A DNA stretch of 54,978 bases. Source: a virus (Duplodnaviria; Caudoviricetes). The translations under genes and the position numbers were made by a program. Position 1 is the stretch's first letter; each line of letters starts with the position of its first letter. Below the pieces are notes generated by a model. It was not told the DNA's origin. It saw only the letters and a program-made list of their open reading frames with translations, and did no database searches. Shown one piece after another: positions 20,569-30,688 of this stretch. The stretch is taken from positions 1 through 54,978 of the IMG/VR virus record IMGVR_UViG_3300023242_000561. One strand, 5' to 3'.

Positions 20569-22242
20569 TTATTGATTTAGCTTATTTAATCTTTTTACTA
20601 TTTCTTTCTTGGTCATACCCATTCTTCTCAATTGAGAAGGAGATAAATCTAACATTCTTTCTAATTCTGCTTGCTGAACTCTAGGGTCAGAAGAACCTAA
20701 GAGAGCAGAATTGTTTGTAGCGTTCTGTTGTTGCTCATTATATCTTTGAGTACCAACAGTAATATCAGTCATCATTCCAGCAATATCATCATTCTGAGCC
20801 ATTACTGATTCATCTAGAAACATTTGTTCATTTCTACGATTCATCTCATTAATCTGAGTATTCATCTGATCAGCTCTAGCTTCTTGTCCAGCATTAAAAG
20901 TTAGATTTCTACCAACAACTTGATTCTTTGCATCAAAACCTTGATTAGCTAAAGCTATCTTACTAGCGTTAGCACCTATTGAAGAACTAGAGTTTTCATC
21001 TATTGAGTTGTTAGTATTTACTATATCTTGTTCAATACTCGCAACACCTAAATTATTATCTATAGTATTAGCATCAACATTTGATAAAGGTTGTGCTATC
21101 TTAGGATTTTGCATTCTTCTTCTTAATAGAGAGTTACTTATAATATCCGCATTAGATAATCCTAAGTCTAAGACTTGTCCAAAAGCATTACCTAAAGGAT
21201 CACCAGCATCATAAGGACTAGAGTTATTAAGAGGAATATCAGCAGAAGGTTTAGCCAAAGTATCTGGCCTTGATGGTAATTCCATAGGACTAGCTTGACG
21301 AGTACCTAAAGGTTGTATAGTACTATTACCATTATTTCTTTCATTCAAATATATCTGAGGATCACTAGTCATATTAAACAAAGGATCAGTATCTAGATTT
21401 AAACTAGGGTCAGATTCTAAAGTTTTCATAAACTGTTCTAATGAATTAGCATCTGAAGTGTCCATAAACCCTTCATCATCTTTTGAAGGAAACATATATT
21501 CACTTGTCGTTTCCATGTCAAATGGAAATGGAGTGTTAGGTTTTCCAGACAACGCTAATTGAGAAAACATATCGTTATTACCTAAATTAAACTTTCTTCT
21601 TTTCCTCATCATACTCTCTGCTTTATTTCCTTGAATGTCATATAACTTCATATGCTCTTCATCATAATGTTGAGCATTGAGTGAGTTTGTTATCTTACTA
21701 GGATAGTCTTCAATATGTTCTTCAGAACGATGTCTTTGTTCATGTTTTGCTATCTTTTCACTAGCCATAGCGAAAGTGTCTTCAGGTTTTAAACCGAATT
21801 TAGAATCAAACATAGAAGCTTCATCACCTAAAGGCATTTGATCTTCATTACTCATTATAAATTGATCTCTATATATAGTCTCTCCTGATTCAACTTCACC
21901 AGAACCAATAGGTATTCCAGACATACCTTCATCACCATATCCTTCATGAGTCTGGTTATTAGCGCCTTTATATCTTTTTAAATCTCTACCTATTATTTCA
22001 GAAACATCACCTTCTTGTAGAGGTGTACCATACCTACTTATTTCACCACCGAGTCTAAACATTCTACTATTAGTAACACCTTCAAACTCATAATTCTCAT
22101 TAAGATATTGTTGATGTGCCTTAGTCTTAGCTTGACTTATTAGTTGTTCAGGACTAGGACTATTATCTTCTTGCAACATATTAATAAGTGCAGGGATGCC
22201 CATCTGCATTCCAGCTAGTAATAATTGAGGAGGTATTGGCAT
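20569..22242 (-). CDS. Cargo protein 1-like virion protein
   Basis: THE...GIPIG..EVESGE motif, TFAMAS, N/Q-rich helical C-terminus; follows the muzzle gene. Confidence 0.65.
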   Translation of the reverse strand: MPIPPQLLLAGMQMGIPALINMLQEDNSPSPEQLISQAKTKAHQQYLNENYEFEGVTNSRMFRLGGEISRYGTPLQEGDVSEIIGRDLKRYKGANNQTHEGYGDEGMSGIPIGSGEVESGETIYRDQFIMSNEDQMPLGDEASMFDSKFGLKPEDTFAMASEKIAKHEQRHRSEEHIEDYPSKITNSLNAQHYDEEHMKLYDIQGNKAESMMRKRRKFNLGNNDMFSQLALSGKPNTPFPFDMETTSEYMFPSKDDEGFMDTSDANSLEQFMKTLESDPSLNLDTDPLFNMTSDPQIYLNERNNGNSTIQPLGTRQASPMELPSRPDTLAKPSADIPLNNSSPYDAGDPLGNAFGQVLDLGLSNADIISNSLLRRRMQNPKIAQPLSNVDANTIDNNLGVASIEQDIVNTNNSIDENSSSSIGANASKIALANQGFDAKNQVVGRNLTFNAGQEARADQMNTQINEMNRRNEQMFLDESVMAQNDDIAGMMTDITVGTQRYNEQQQNATNNSALLGSSDPRVQQAELERMLDLSPSQLRRMGMTKKEIVKRLNKLNQ

Positions 22243-22248
22243 ATTATC

Positions 22249-25200
22249 TTACTTTGTTACTTGTAGTTTAACACTTACTTCAGAAATAGATAAATTTTTG
22301 TTTGCTTTCCAGACTAGTCGCAACACTATAAAATTACCAATAAATCGCTTTTTATCAAAGTCTGTCAGGAAATTATCTAGGTCATTTACGTTTATGTTAA
22401 ATCCTGTTTCAATGTTGATAGAAAAGTTTCTATTGGCTATAATATCTCTTATCCCATTAAGATACCAATAATCTTTTCTTTTTCTAAGATTAGCATCAAT
22501 ACCTTCAATAGTTTCTTTTATTATCACATCAACTATACCTGTGTGTTGAGTTCTATTTCTTACAGAAAACTTATCTATAGATACCTCATGATTACCTTCT
22601 ACATAAGCATCAAACATGAAAGCTTTAAAGAAACCTTCAGTACCCTGAGTTAACTTAAAAGGTATATCTAAAACACATTCCTGATCAACAGTATCAATGT
22701 AGTTACCTGTATATCCTGTATTAAGTAGATATATAGTATTTTCTTTTATTCCGTATAATTGACGATCTGTAGCAAAGAGGTAATCGGTATTGTAAGAGTG
22801 AAAAGACATCCATTCTTGTCTGTCAAGGGAATATGATAATGTGAACTTAATTTGATCACCACCTGAAAGTAATATTCGATTATACTTTTCATCATATGCT
22901 ACAGTAACACCATCACCATTAAATACAGAACCTTCAGTATTAGTAAAGTATTTCGCAAAGAAGAATCTAAATCCATCATTACTAATTTCTTTTAAAGTAT
23001 CAGCATATAGAAACACTTTACCTAAATTAGTATCAATAAATATATAACCACCTTTGAAAGACCAACAATACATACGGTTAGTAAGTCCTGCATAATTAAC
23101 AGGTATAGGTTCAGCAGGATCATATTGTAATATATCTCCAACACCTATCGTTACTAAAGTAGAACTAGCATCTAACCTACCAACACCTCTAGTTACAGAA
23201 AGTCCTCTCTCCTGATGTATAATTAATTCATCTCCTTTAGAAGAAAAGTTAGTAACAGCACCCCAATCTCTACGTTTTAATTCTGTGTAAGCTCCAGGAT
23301 TAAATGATTTCCATGATATTCTTTGCGCTTCTTGTTGATTTGAATTAGAACGAATAACTCTAAAAGGAAACTCATTTACAAAATCTATATTAGGTTTAGC
23401 TACAGTTATTACTTCTAACTCATTAAGTTTAGAATACTGCACATTATATAAACCTTTACCCCAACCTTCAACACCAACACTAGCGTTAATGTTAGTTACA
23501 TCAGGATTATCACCAGCACTTTTAGGATAAAACTTAGTTTTAACATCTTCTCCTTCATAGTTTAACATACTTATATCAGTATCATAGACTAAATTAGACA
23601 TCAATGTTCTAACATGTCTTGTATACTCTAAAGGTTCTGTATACTCAGCATCAACAAGCATCTGATCTAAATTACAACCTATCGCTAAGTGACTATTTAT
23701 TGTTATGAAGTTATCACCATCATAATTAATAACATTGTCGTTTACTTTAAATAAAGGTAAGCTTATTAGTTTTTGATTAAAAAAACTAGTATAAACATTT
23801 GTCTTAATTGCTCTTATAGTATATAATCCTGAACCATAACTTGCCATTGGGAAATAAGGTTGTACCCCGTTTTTATATTGGTAATTAATATTTATACCTG
23901 AACCTGAACCCCAATAGTATCTTCCAAAAGGACTAACTAACAACAAGAACTCTTCTGAAAATCTACCTGTGAGTCTAATTGGTAGATTCTTATTTTGCAT
24001 AGAGTAATCATTAGGAAAATCATAATCTTCATCTTTTTGTACATTAGGATTAGAATTAATCGTAAGGAACCTACCTGTGTACCTTATACTATCTAAGAAC
24101 ATCGGTATGAACTTAGTTAATACTATAGGTAAATTACGATGCATAGTACCTAACATGCTATTTCCAAAATTCTTAGTATATATTAAAGAACCTGACTCAT
24201 TAACATTATCAACAACTCTACGTATTATATTAGCGTTAGATTCTAGAAAAGAACCTGTTCTTTTTTGTTCATCGTATGTTAAGTTAATACCATTTCTCTG
24301 ATATGTATATTCTAATTGAACGTGTGTGATATTGTTTATTTCAGAAGGTTTGTTTCTAAGTAGACTACTCGTTTTACATTGTAGAAAGTTATGATTCAAT
24401 GGTTGGTAATAAGTATCTCCTGAATTTGTAACTCCAGCAGTACCCCAATTACCACCTGCTGAAAAAACCGTTAGTAGACCTATGCTATGTAATGTAGTTT
24501 CTGTCATGGCTCTAACATGATCAGTACCAAACACAGTAGCATTTGTATAATCTCTTTTAGCGTAACAAATTCGATAACCTATTATCTTACTATCTAATCC
24601 AAACTGAACTAGCTTTTGTTCAAAGTTTTCAATACTTAAAGAAATCTTAGGTAGTTTCTCAGCAGGATTTTTAAGTCTAATACCCCCTAGAAGTTGAGCA
24701 AGACTAGGCATTACATGATGTCTAACATTACCTGAAAGACCCATACCATTAGGATAGATTTCGTCTTTGTTTTCCCAATAACCTAATTTACCTTTTAGAC
24801 CATTACTATCACTTTGAGTTATAGTAGAAGTGTCTCTAGTATGAAATATCTGTAGATAATTTTCTTCATTTAAATTATTTGCTATTTCTAAATCTAATTC
24901 AAAAGTACTAGGATTGTAACTACTAGGATTATTTCTCAAATCAATTATCCTGTCTTTTACATTAAATGTACTTAGAACATCTCCTGTATCATCACTGTTT
25001 CTTGTTATTATTTCAAAATCATAAGCTTGCCTACCGGGAATATGATAACCTCTAGTATAACTACCGTCAGTCTTTAATCCCTGAAGGTATAAGGCATAAA
25101 CCTCACTAGGAGCTAATGTTTTTTCAAAACTAATTTTATTAGTACCTTCTATAGTCTTGTATGAAGCACTATCTTCAGATGTGAATAGAATTTCTATATC

Positions 25201-26178
25201 GTTAGCCAAAGGTTGTAAATCAACCTCTTCTGATTTTAAATCACCTAACCATAACTCACCTGTATGGTTACCTATAGCTGCGGCACTAGTGTAACTACCT
25301 GCTGTCAGATTTAAAATTGAAGGTGTTATTGACTCTCCACCTGTATATACGATTCTTGTAGTACTACCTAAAGGAACTCTTTCTAACTTATTTACTATTT
25401 GTTCACCTTCAGTAAATTTTATAATATATGGAACAATACTATCATAATTTAAGTCACATTCGGTAGCTATGAAAATAAATCCATTACCACTACTTTCATC
25501 TTCTTTACCACCAAAGTAATCATTCATATCTCCTGTATTACCAGTACCTATCCAATAAGGGCCTGTAACTGAAAATATATTAGTTTCATCATTATCATTA
25601 AGATAAGCTAAACCTAAAAAATAGCAACCGTTATTAACACTACCACCTGTGTAGACTTCCCCTGTTACTTTAGGAACTACTATTTTAGGAAATACTAAAG
25701 TGTCTTCTAGCTGTTCCATATCAGTAATAACTAGAGTTTCTTTAGTTCCTATATTAAGAACTCTAGGTGCATTATTAGCATCTATCCAAGCAAGTATAAC
25801 TTCTCTTTTAAAGTTATAATCAAAAACTCCTTTAATAGGAAAACCTACTGATAAATTAAAGTTAAAAACATTGTCTATGTTTTTTTCAAAAACACTAGTG
25901 TTGTTATTTGATATTGATATTTTCAAATAAACTAACTCACTAGTATCTTTGAATATAACAAAATCATTTTCATCAAGAGGTATAATACCACAAATATTAC
26001 CTGAAGTAGAAGTATATACAGGTGTAGTACTTTCTTCAGTATTACGACTATCGTACTTCTTACTATATACAGTATTCAAGGAATAAACTAGTTTAGGATT
26101 ATTCTTATCCTCAACATCATTTAACATTCCCTGATTAAGTAACTTGGGAATTATAACGTCAGCATTGCTACTTTTCAT
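22249..26178 (-). CDS. Tail muzzle / tail stabilization protein (P22 gp10-like)
   Basis: 1309 aa; GMLND start, DANNAPRVLNI, LGYWENKDEIYP, VRHHVMP, TLSYS...WMSFHSY; synteny. Confidence 0.85.
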   Translation of the reverse strand: MKSSNADVIIPKLLNQGMLNDVEDKNNPKLVYSLNTVYSKKYDSRNTEESTTPVYTSTSGNICGIIPLDENDFVIFKDTSELVYLKISISNNNTSVFEKNIDNVFNFNLSVGFPIKGVFDYNFKREVILAWIDANNAPRVLNIGTKETLVITDMEQLEDTLVFPKIVVPKVTGEVYTGGSVNNGCYFLGLAYLNDNDETNIFSVTGPYWIGTGNTGDMNDYFGGKEDESSGNGFIFIATECDLNYDSIVPYIIKFTEGEQIVNKLERVPLGSTTRIVYTGGESITPSILNLTAGSYTSAAAIGNHTGELWLGDLKSEEVDLQPLANDIEILFTSEDSASYKTIEGTNKISFEKTLAPSEVYALYLQGLKTDGSYTRGYHIPGRQAYDFEIITRNSDDTGDVLSTFNVKDRIIDLRNNPSSYNPSTFELDLEIANNLNEENYLQIFHTRDTSTITQSDSNGLKGKLGYWENKDEIYPNGMGLSGNVRHHVMPSLAQLLGGIRLKNPAEKLPKISLSIENFEQKLVQFGLDSKIIGYRICYAKRDYTNATVFGTDHVRAMTETTLHSIGLLTVFSAGGNWGTAGVTNSGDTYYQPLNHNFLQCKTSSLLRNKPSEINNITHVQLEYTYQRNGINLTYDEQKRTGSFLESNANIIRRVVDNVNESGSLIYTKNFGNSMLGTMHRNLPIVLTKFIPMFLDSIRYTGRFLTINSNPNVQKDEDYDFPNDYSMQNKNLPIRLTGRFSEEFLLLVSPFGRYYWGSGSGININYQYKNGVQPYFPMASYGSGLYTIRAIKTNVYTSFFNQKLISLPLFKVNDNVINYDGDNFITINSHLAIGCNLDQMLVDAEYTEPLEYTRHVRTLMSNLVYDTDISMLNYEGEDVKTKFYPKSAGDNPDVTNINASVGVEGWGKGLYNVQYSKLNELEVITVAKPNIDFVNEFPFRVIRSNSNQQEAQRISWKSFNPGAYTELKRRDWGAVTNFSSKGDELIIHQERGLSVTRGVGRLDASSTLVTIGVGDILQYDPAEPIPVNYAGLTNRMYCWSFKGGYIFIDTNLGKVFLYADTLKEISNDGFRFFFAKYFTNTEGSVFNGDGVTVAYDEKYNRILLSGGDQIKFTLSYSLDRQEWMSFHSYNTDYLFATDRQLYGIKENTIYLLNTGYTGNYIDTVDQECVLDIPFKLTQGTEGFFKAFMFDAYVEGNHEVSIDKFSVRNRTQHTGIVDVIIKETIEGIDANLRKRKDYWYLNGIRDIIANRNFSINIETGFNINVNDLDNFLTDFDKKRFIGNFIVLRLVWKANKNLSISEVSVKLQVTK

Positions 26179-26891
26179 TATGTTATATTTGTGTTAGGTA
26201 ATATCCTACTTATATTCTTATCTCTACTACTGTATTGTGTAGTATAAGCATTTAACATAGTTAACCATTCAGCATCAAAAGTTCTAAGCTCTTGACGACC
26301 TGGTGATTTAAGTTCTACTTGAGCTGCTCTTAACTCTTGTCTTTTTGCTTCAATTAATTCAAAAGGATTTTTATAAGTAGGATGCTTATATCCTCTACTT
26401 AATAATCTGAACATTATGTGCCATTCCGCAGCCATTAAGAAATGTTCATTATCAGGTAACATAGGAAGTCCACAAGAACCTAAAGGAAGCTTCTTATAAT
26501 ATAAGTCAACTATACCTGTCTCAAAAGAAAAATGTAGATATTGAGGTGTAAGATAGAAGTATCTTATTCTAGGTATATTCCTATTAGAAGTTCTAGTAGG
26601 TCTGTTGTTAGTCATATCCAGATTTACAGGTTTTAATGAAGTATCTGCATTAGGATAATAATCTACATTCATATCTGCACGATAGGCACAAGGTAACTTA
26701 AGTTTATAGGCTACTACATTTTCTAGTCGTGTTTCAGCATATAGATTAGGAAAACGTATTCTAGCTACACGTAGTAATTCACCTAACCATGAAAACACAT
26801 TACCTTCAAGTCCAGATTGATCAACACCAAAGTTGTTAAACATTCTAGCAACAAGGTCTTCTGATTCTATAAAATTAGTTGAATTGTTCAT
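26178..26891 (-). CDS. Tail ring / tubular protein (R1-like)
   Basis: FSFETGIVDLYY..LP...GLPMLPDN motif; directly upstream of the muzzle gene. Confidence 0.75.
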   Translation of the reverse strand: MNNSTNFIESEDLVARMFNNFGVDQSGLEGNVFSWLGELLRVARIRFPNLYAETRLENVVAYKLKLPCAYRADMNVDYYPNADTSLKPVNLDMTNNRPTRTSNRNIPRIRYFYLTPQYLHFSFETGIVDLYYKKLPLGSCGLPMLPDNEHFLMAAEWHIMFRLLSRGYKHPTYKNPFELIEAKRQELRAAQVELKSPGRQELRTFDAEWLTMLNAYTTQYSSRDKNISRILPNTNIT

Positions 26892-27414
26892 CGTATTGTA
26901 ATATTCGTTTACGTTTTACTTCACCTTTACCTAAGTAAGATTTAATATTTCTTTTAAAAGGAACACCTACTTGAATACTATAATAAGCAAATAAAGAACA
27001 TACTTCTTTTACCCAACGGTGAGTTCTAAAAGAGGTTCTTACATAAAAAGGTTCATCACTATTATCATACTTAATCTTCCAAGGTTCACCTTCATTACTT
27101 ATAGGTTCACCTTTTTCATTCTTAGTAAAAGCTAAAGGAGTACCCCCTCTCTCTGTTATCTCCTTCTTTAACTTATTGGACAACCCCCAATTAATATTAT
27201 GAGCATTGTTAGAATCTTCAGGTCTAGCAACTCTAATTATTTTGATTGTTCCAATACCAAAGAAGTCTACTTGCTCTGCATTAACTACTAGTCTATGAGT
27301 AAGTAATGTTAAATAAGAACGTAGAATCGAGTTAACTTCAGTAATAGTTAACTTCTTACTATGATTCTTATTATAAAATCCTTTAATATGTCTTCCGTTA
27401 AGCCTGACCATCAT
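26875..27414 (-). CDS. HU/IHF-like protein of the crAss tail module
   Basis: Basic; helix pair then FFGIGTIKI, INWGLS; lies between two ring genes. Confidence 0.65.
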   Translation of the reverse strand: MMVRLNGRHIKGFYNKNHSKKLTITEVNSILRSYLTLLTHRLVVNAEQVDFFGIGTIKIIRVARPEDSNNAHNINWGLSNKLKKEITERGGTPLAFTKNEKGEPISNEGEPWKIKYDNSDEPFYVRTSFRTHRWVKEVCSLFAYYSIQVGVPFKRNIKSYLGKGEVKRKRILQYDEQFN

Positions 27415-28057
27415 CTACATTTACTTCTCTATCTTCACTAGGTATAGCAAGGATATTAAATTCATTATAAAAATCTTTACGTATAATCTCAAGTATGTCT
27501 TCTGAACAAGGATATTCTTGATCATGACTGTAACAGTTACTACTATTACTACATCTAAACTCAAGTATCTTGTCAGGATCACCTAATAGACCTTGAACTG
27601 TTATCTTTGTTAAGTCTTTAGATACAGGATTAAATAAAACTAGATAATCATTTACCAATGCGTATAAAGGAACTTTACCTATTATCCTTTGTCTCAAAAC
27701 AGACTTGATTTGAGGGGCTTTGGTGAAAGTATAAGGTTTTGAATAATCATCTGGCCCAACGTAAGAAAATGGCAACAGACCATACATCATCGTCTTGGGT
27801 AGCTTTTTAGTTGACCGCAATACATAATCACATTCATCGACTGAAAACCCACAACATTCAATCATTGGTTTTTCTTCGATGTCAACACAAAAAGCTTGCA
27901 TGAAAGCATCAGTATTGATTGCGTTTCTAGCAAGTTCTTGTTTAAGAAAGTAAGCTCTTTTACTGTTTGTATCTTTCTTTAAAGATTCAACAAACTCAAA
28001 GTTTTCTTCTTTCTTAGCCTTTATAGCAATACTATATACAAACTCATTTAACGTCAT
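27398..28057 (-). CDS. Tail ring protein (R2-like)
   Basis: MTLNEFVYSI, RAYFLKQ, Cys cluster, STKKLP, EYP motif; synteny. Confidence 0.7.
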   Translation of the reverse strand: MTLNEFVYSIAIKAKKEENFEFVESLKKDTNSKRAYFLKQELARNAINTDAFMQAFCVDIEEKPMIECCGFSVDECDYVLRSTKKLPKTMMYGLLPFSYVGPDDYSKPYTFTKAPQIKSVLRQRIIGKVPLYALVNDYLVLFNPVSKDLTKITVQGLLGDPDKILEFRCSNSSNCYSHDQEYPCSEDILEIIRKDFYNEFNILAIPSEDREVNVDDGQA

Positions 28058-28554
28058 TCTTTTCTAGTTAAGTAATTAACAGTAAGAGCTACAGCCGTAC
28101 CAGCACCAACAACAAAAGTCCATTTTCTAAAGGTAGTATATCTACGTTTAGTTTTGTTGTGATTAGATATTTCATATACTAAAGCATGTCTTAATTCTTT
28201 AGAAACTTGTTTATAAGAAGTTGTTACTGAATCACTAAGTAATCTAGCATTCTCTACTGTTTTTACAGCTTCTCTATGCATAGCATAAGCACTATCTTTC
28301 TCACGTTTAGAAGCCTTCATTAAAGAATCTATATTAGGATATTTCTCAGTAAATTCTTTGACTCTTTTTTCATAGTCATATCTTTCAGCAGCAGTACGTA
28401 TATCTAAAAACACTCCTGTTCTTTTAATAGTAACTACAGTATCTTTTTTAAATACAACCTCAAACCTACTCTGAGCATTAACAGTAGATGTTAAAAATGA
28501 AATTACTGCTAATAGAGTAACTAGTACTACGATTACTTTTTTAATTGTTACCAT
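28054..28554 (-). CDS. Secreted coiled-coil protein with C-terminal hydrophobic anchor (spanin-like candidate)
   Basis: Signal peptide ending VNA|Q; coiled coil; C-terminal WTFVVGAGTAVALTV; overlaps the preceding lysis gene. Confidence 0.5.
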   Translation of the reverse strand: MVTIKKVIVVLVTLLAVISFLTSTVNAQSRFEVVFKKDTVVTIKRTGVFLDIRTAAERYDYEKRVKEFTEKYPNIDSLMKASKREKDSAYAMHREAVKTVENARLLSDSVTTSYKQVSKELRHALVYEISNHNKTKRRYTTFRKWTFVVGAGTAVALTVNYLTRKE

Positions 28555-28909
28555 TTCTTCTTTGGTTTTCTAAGTATCTTAGGTAATCTTGTTCTATAGA
28601 ATCAAGTTCTTGATCTGTTCTTTGTCTAACTACATTATTAGCAGCTTCACTTAGTAGACTGTCAGCATGATCTAAAGTTTTACTTTGGTAATATTTTTCC
28701 AATTTAAAAAATAAAATATCAGTTAACAACCTTAAAGAGTCTCTTTGTTGTTCAACTTTGTTCATTCTAATTACCATAGAATCATATTTGGCTATCACAG
28801 CATTGTCATTAGGATTTGATATACCCCCTAGACGAGGGGAAATAATCGAAATACCACCTAACACTCCTGCCACTATCAATATTGTCATTAAGATTTTTTC
28901 TGTAAACAT
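28541..28909 (-). CDS. i-spanin-like protein
   Basis: N-terminal TM segment plus coiled coil; follows holin and endolysin. Confidence 0.5.
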   Translation of the reverse strand: MFTEKILMTILIVAGVLGGISIISPRLGGISNPNDNAVIAKYDSMVIRMNKVEQQRDSLRLLTDILFFKLEKYYQSKTLDHADSLLSEAANNVVRQRTDQELDSIEQDYLRYLENQRRNGNN

Positions 28910-28913
28910 AATA

Positions 28914-29174
28914 TCAATTTAAAGGTTTATTCTCTACTATTTCAACACCTTCTATAGTAAAAAAGTTAACTATAAATTCAGCAATCGCTTGTAACAAAAC
29001 AGAAGTCAACGCAATCCATAAGAACATCTTATTAGGTGAATCAGATGATAGTGCACCACCTAAACTAGAACCACTAATTACAGTACAAAAACTACGAATA
29101 GCGATACCTAGCTGTTTCATTCTAGGTGGCGTAGGCTTGAAGTAATTATTCCACAACTCTTTGTTTGTTTTCAT
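28914..29174 (-). CDS. Putative holin
   Basis: 86 aa, two hydrophobic segments, next to the endolysin. Confidence 0.6.
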   Translation of the reverse strand: MKTNKELWNNYFKPTPPRMKQLGIAIRSFCTVISGSSLGGALSSDSPNKMFLWIALTSVLLQAIAEFIVNFFTIEGVEIVENKPLN

Positions 29175-29176
29175 TC

Positions 29177-29740
29177 TTAAGCATTAGGATAAATAAAACC
29201 TATTAATACCAAACCATTTTCCTTAACTGTAAAATCAATAGGTCTGTCTTTAATAAGAACGTGAGTACCTTCTCTAGCACCTTCTTTATTGGTATTACCT
29301 TCAACTGTTTGCATAACAGTTCTGTCCATATTAATATCTACTACCGCAGGAGATATATGACCCATCCAAGTACCTTTACCTTCTTTATATCTTTGCCAAA
29401 CAGCCATAGCTCCTATTGAAGGTTCAACACCTGTTTCAAATTTAGAATGTTTTTTAAACTTACTAAACGTACTTACTGCCACTTGTGTAAACAGTAAATC
29501 GAGTAGACCATAATAGTTAGCATCATATTGCTGATATGCTTCTTTCCAAACCAACTCTGCAAATAGATCACACCAAGCTTCACCAGCATCAAAGCCTACA
29601 ACTTCCATTTTCCTTTCAAATTCAGGGTCTTTAAATCCCTGATTACCTTTTATTTCTTCTTGACCTACATACTTAAGAGCCGTCTTAACTATTATGTCAT
29701 TTATATTAAACCTATTATTAGTCTTAGCGTTATTATTCAC
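29177..29740 (-). CDS. CHAP-domain endolysin
   Basis: A..YVG.EEI.GN, AWC, GH, VEGNTN motifs. Confidence 0.85.
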   Translation of the reverse strand: MNNNAKTNNRFNINDIIVKTALKYVGQEEIKGNQGFKDPEFERKMEVVGFDAGEAWCDLFAELVWKEAYQQYDANYYGLLDLLFTQVAVSTFSKFKKHSKFETGVEPSIGAMAVWQRYKEGKGTWMGHISPAVVDINMDRTVMQTVEGNTNKEGAREGTHVLIKDRPIDFTVKENGLVLIGFIYPNA

Positions 29741-29750
29741 AATCTATATA

Positions 29751-30236
29751 TTATTTTATATTTGATATTATCTCTAGTAGAGTATCACTACCTGCTAAAC
29801 CTTTTATTACTGCTATTAATGCAAGCATAATAAGTACTGCTTGCCATACCACTTTTAATGTATAACGACCAAACCTTAATAGATTATCTTTAAGTTTATC
29901 AGTCGCATCTATAGCAGCTTCTTTATTAGATTTATCTACATCAATTTTAGAAAAGATTTCATCTATTATTTTTAATTTTTCTTGAACTCTTTCTTCAACT
30001 TGATTTACATGTTTATCAGCATTTTCAGTAAGTAATTTAACTTTCTCTTGTAGGTCTTTCTGTCTTCTAATAACACCAGATTGATCATTATCAGGACTAC
30101 CATATAGACCTGTATTCATCTTTTCTAATCGCCCATTGATAATCTCTAAGTTATTAGTTATAGAATTAAGAGTATTATTAAATCTATGAAATTCTTCATT
30201 AAGTTGATTTACTGTTTTTTGTTCTCTAGCAGTCAT
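29751..30236 (-). CDS. Coiled-coil membrane protein (possibly lysis-associated)
   Basis: Long coiled coil, LYG motif, C-terminal TM segment. Confidence 0.55.
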   Translation of the reverse strand: MTAREQKTVNQLNEEFHRFNNTLNSITNNLEIINGRLEKMNTGLYGSPDNDQSGVIRRQKDLQEKVKLLTENADKHVNQVEERVQEKLKIIDEIFSKIDVDKSNKEAAIDATDKLKDNLLRFGRYTLKVVWQAVLIMLALIAVIKGLAGSDTLLEIISNIK

Positions 30237-30245
30237 TATTTTATT

Positions 30246-30656
30246 TTAAATTTCAACGTATGCTATTCTTACTCTAACAGTAGAACCCCCCGTTACTGCA
30301 ATAGATGTTTGTACTTGAACACCTCTACCATCTAAGTTAATATTAGTTTGAGATATTGCTGCTCCTTCAGTATATTGAAATAAACTAGTAGATGCTAAAC
30401 TAGTTTTTATAGTTAGTGTAGTAGAAACGTCTTCCCATTTTAGTCTTAATATTGCAGCACCTACAAATACTGAATTAACATCTACTTTAATACTTAAAGG
30501 TCTTATGGTTTTACCTGTTACTGAAGAAACTAAATCAGCAAAAGTAACGTGCATATTAGTATCGTTGGGCTTGAAAAATTGCATTAACTCGTTATGAGTT
30601 ACAAATTCCAATATAACATCACCTATCTCACTTACTGTATTTCCAACTATTGCCAT
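30246..30656 (-). CDS. Hypothetical beta-rich (tail-associated) protein
   Basis: 136-aa ORF packed in the operon after the tailspike. Confidence 0.6.
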   Translation of the reverse strand: MAIVGNTVSEIGDVILEFVTHNELMQFFKPNDTNMHVTFADLVSSVTGKTIRPLSIKVDVNSVFVGAAILRLKWEDVSTTLTIKTSLASTSLFQYTEGAAISQTNINLDGRGVQVQTSIAVTGGSTVRVRIAYVEI

Positions 30657-30688
30657 TTTATTGACTTAATTTTCTTGTAGTTTTCATA

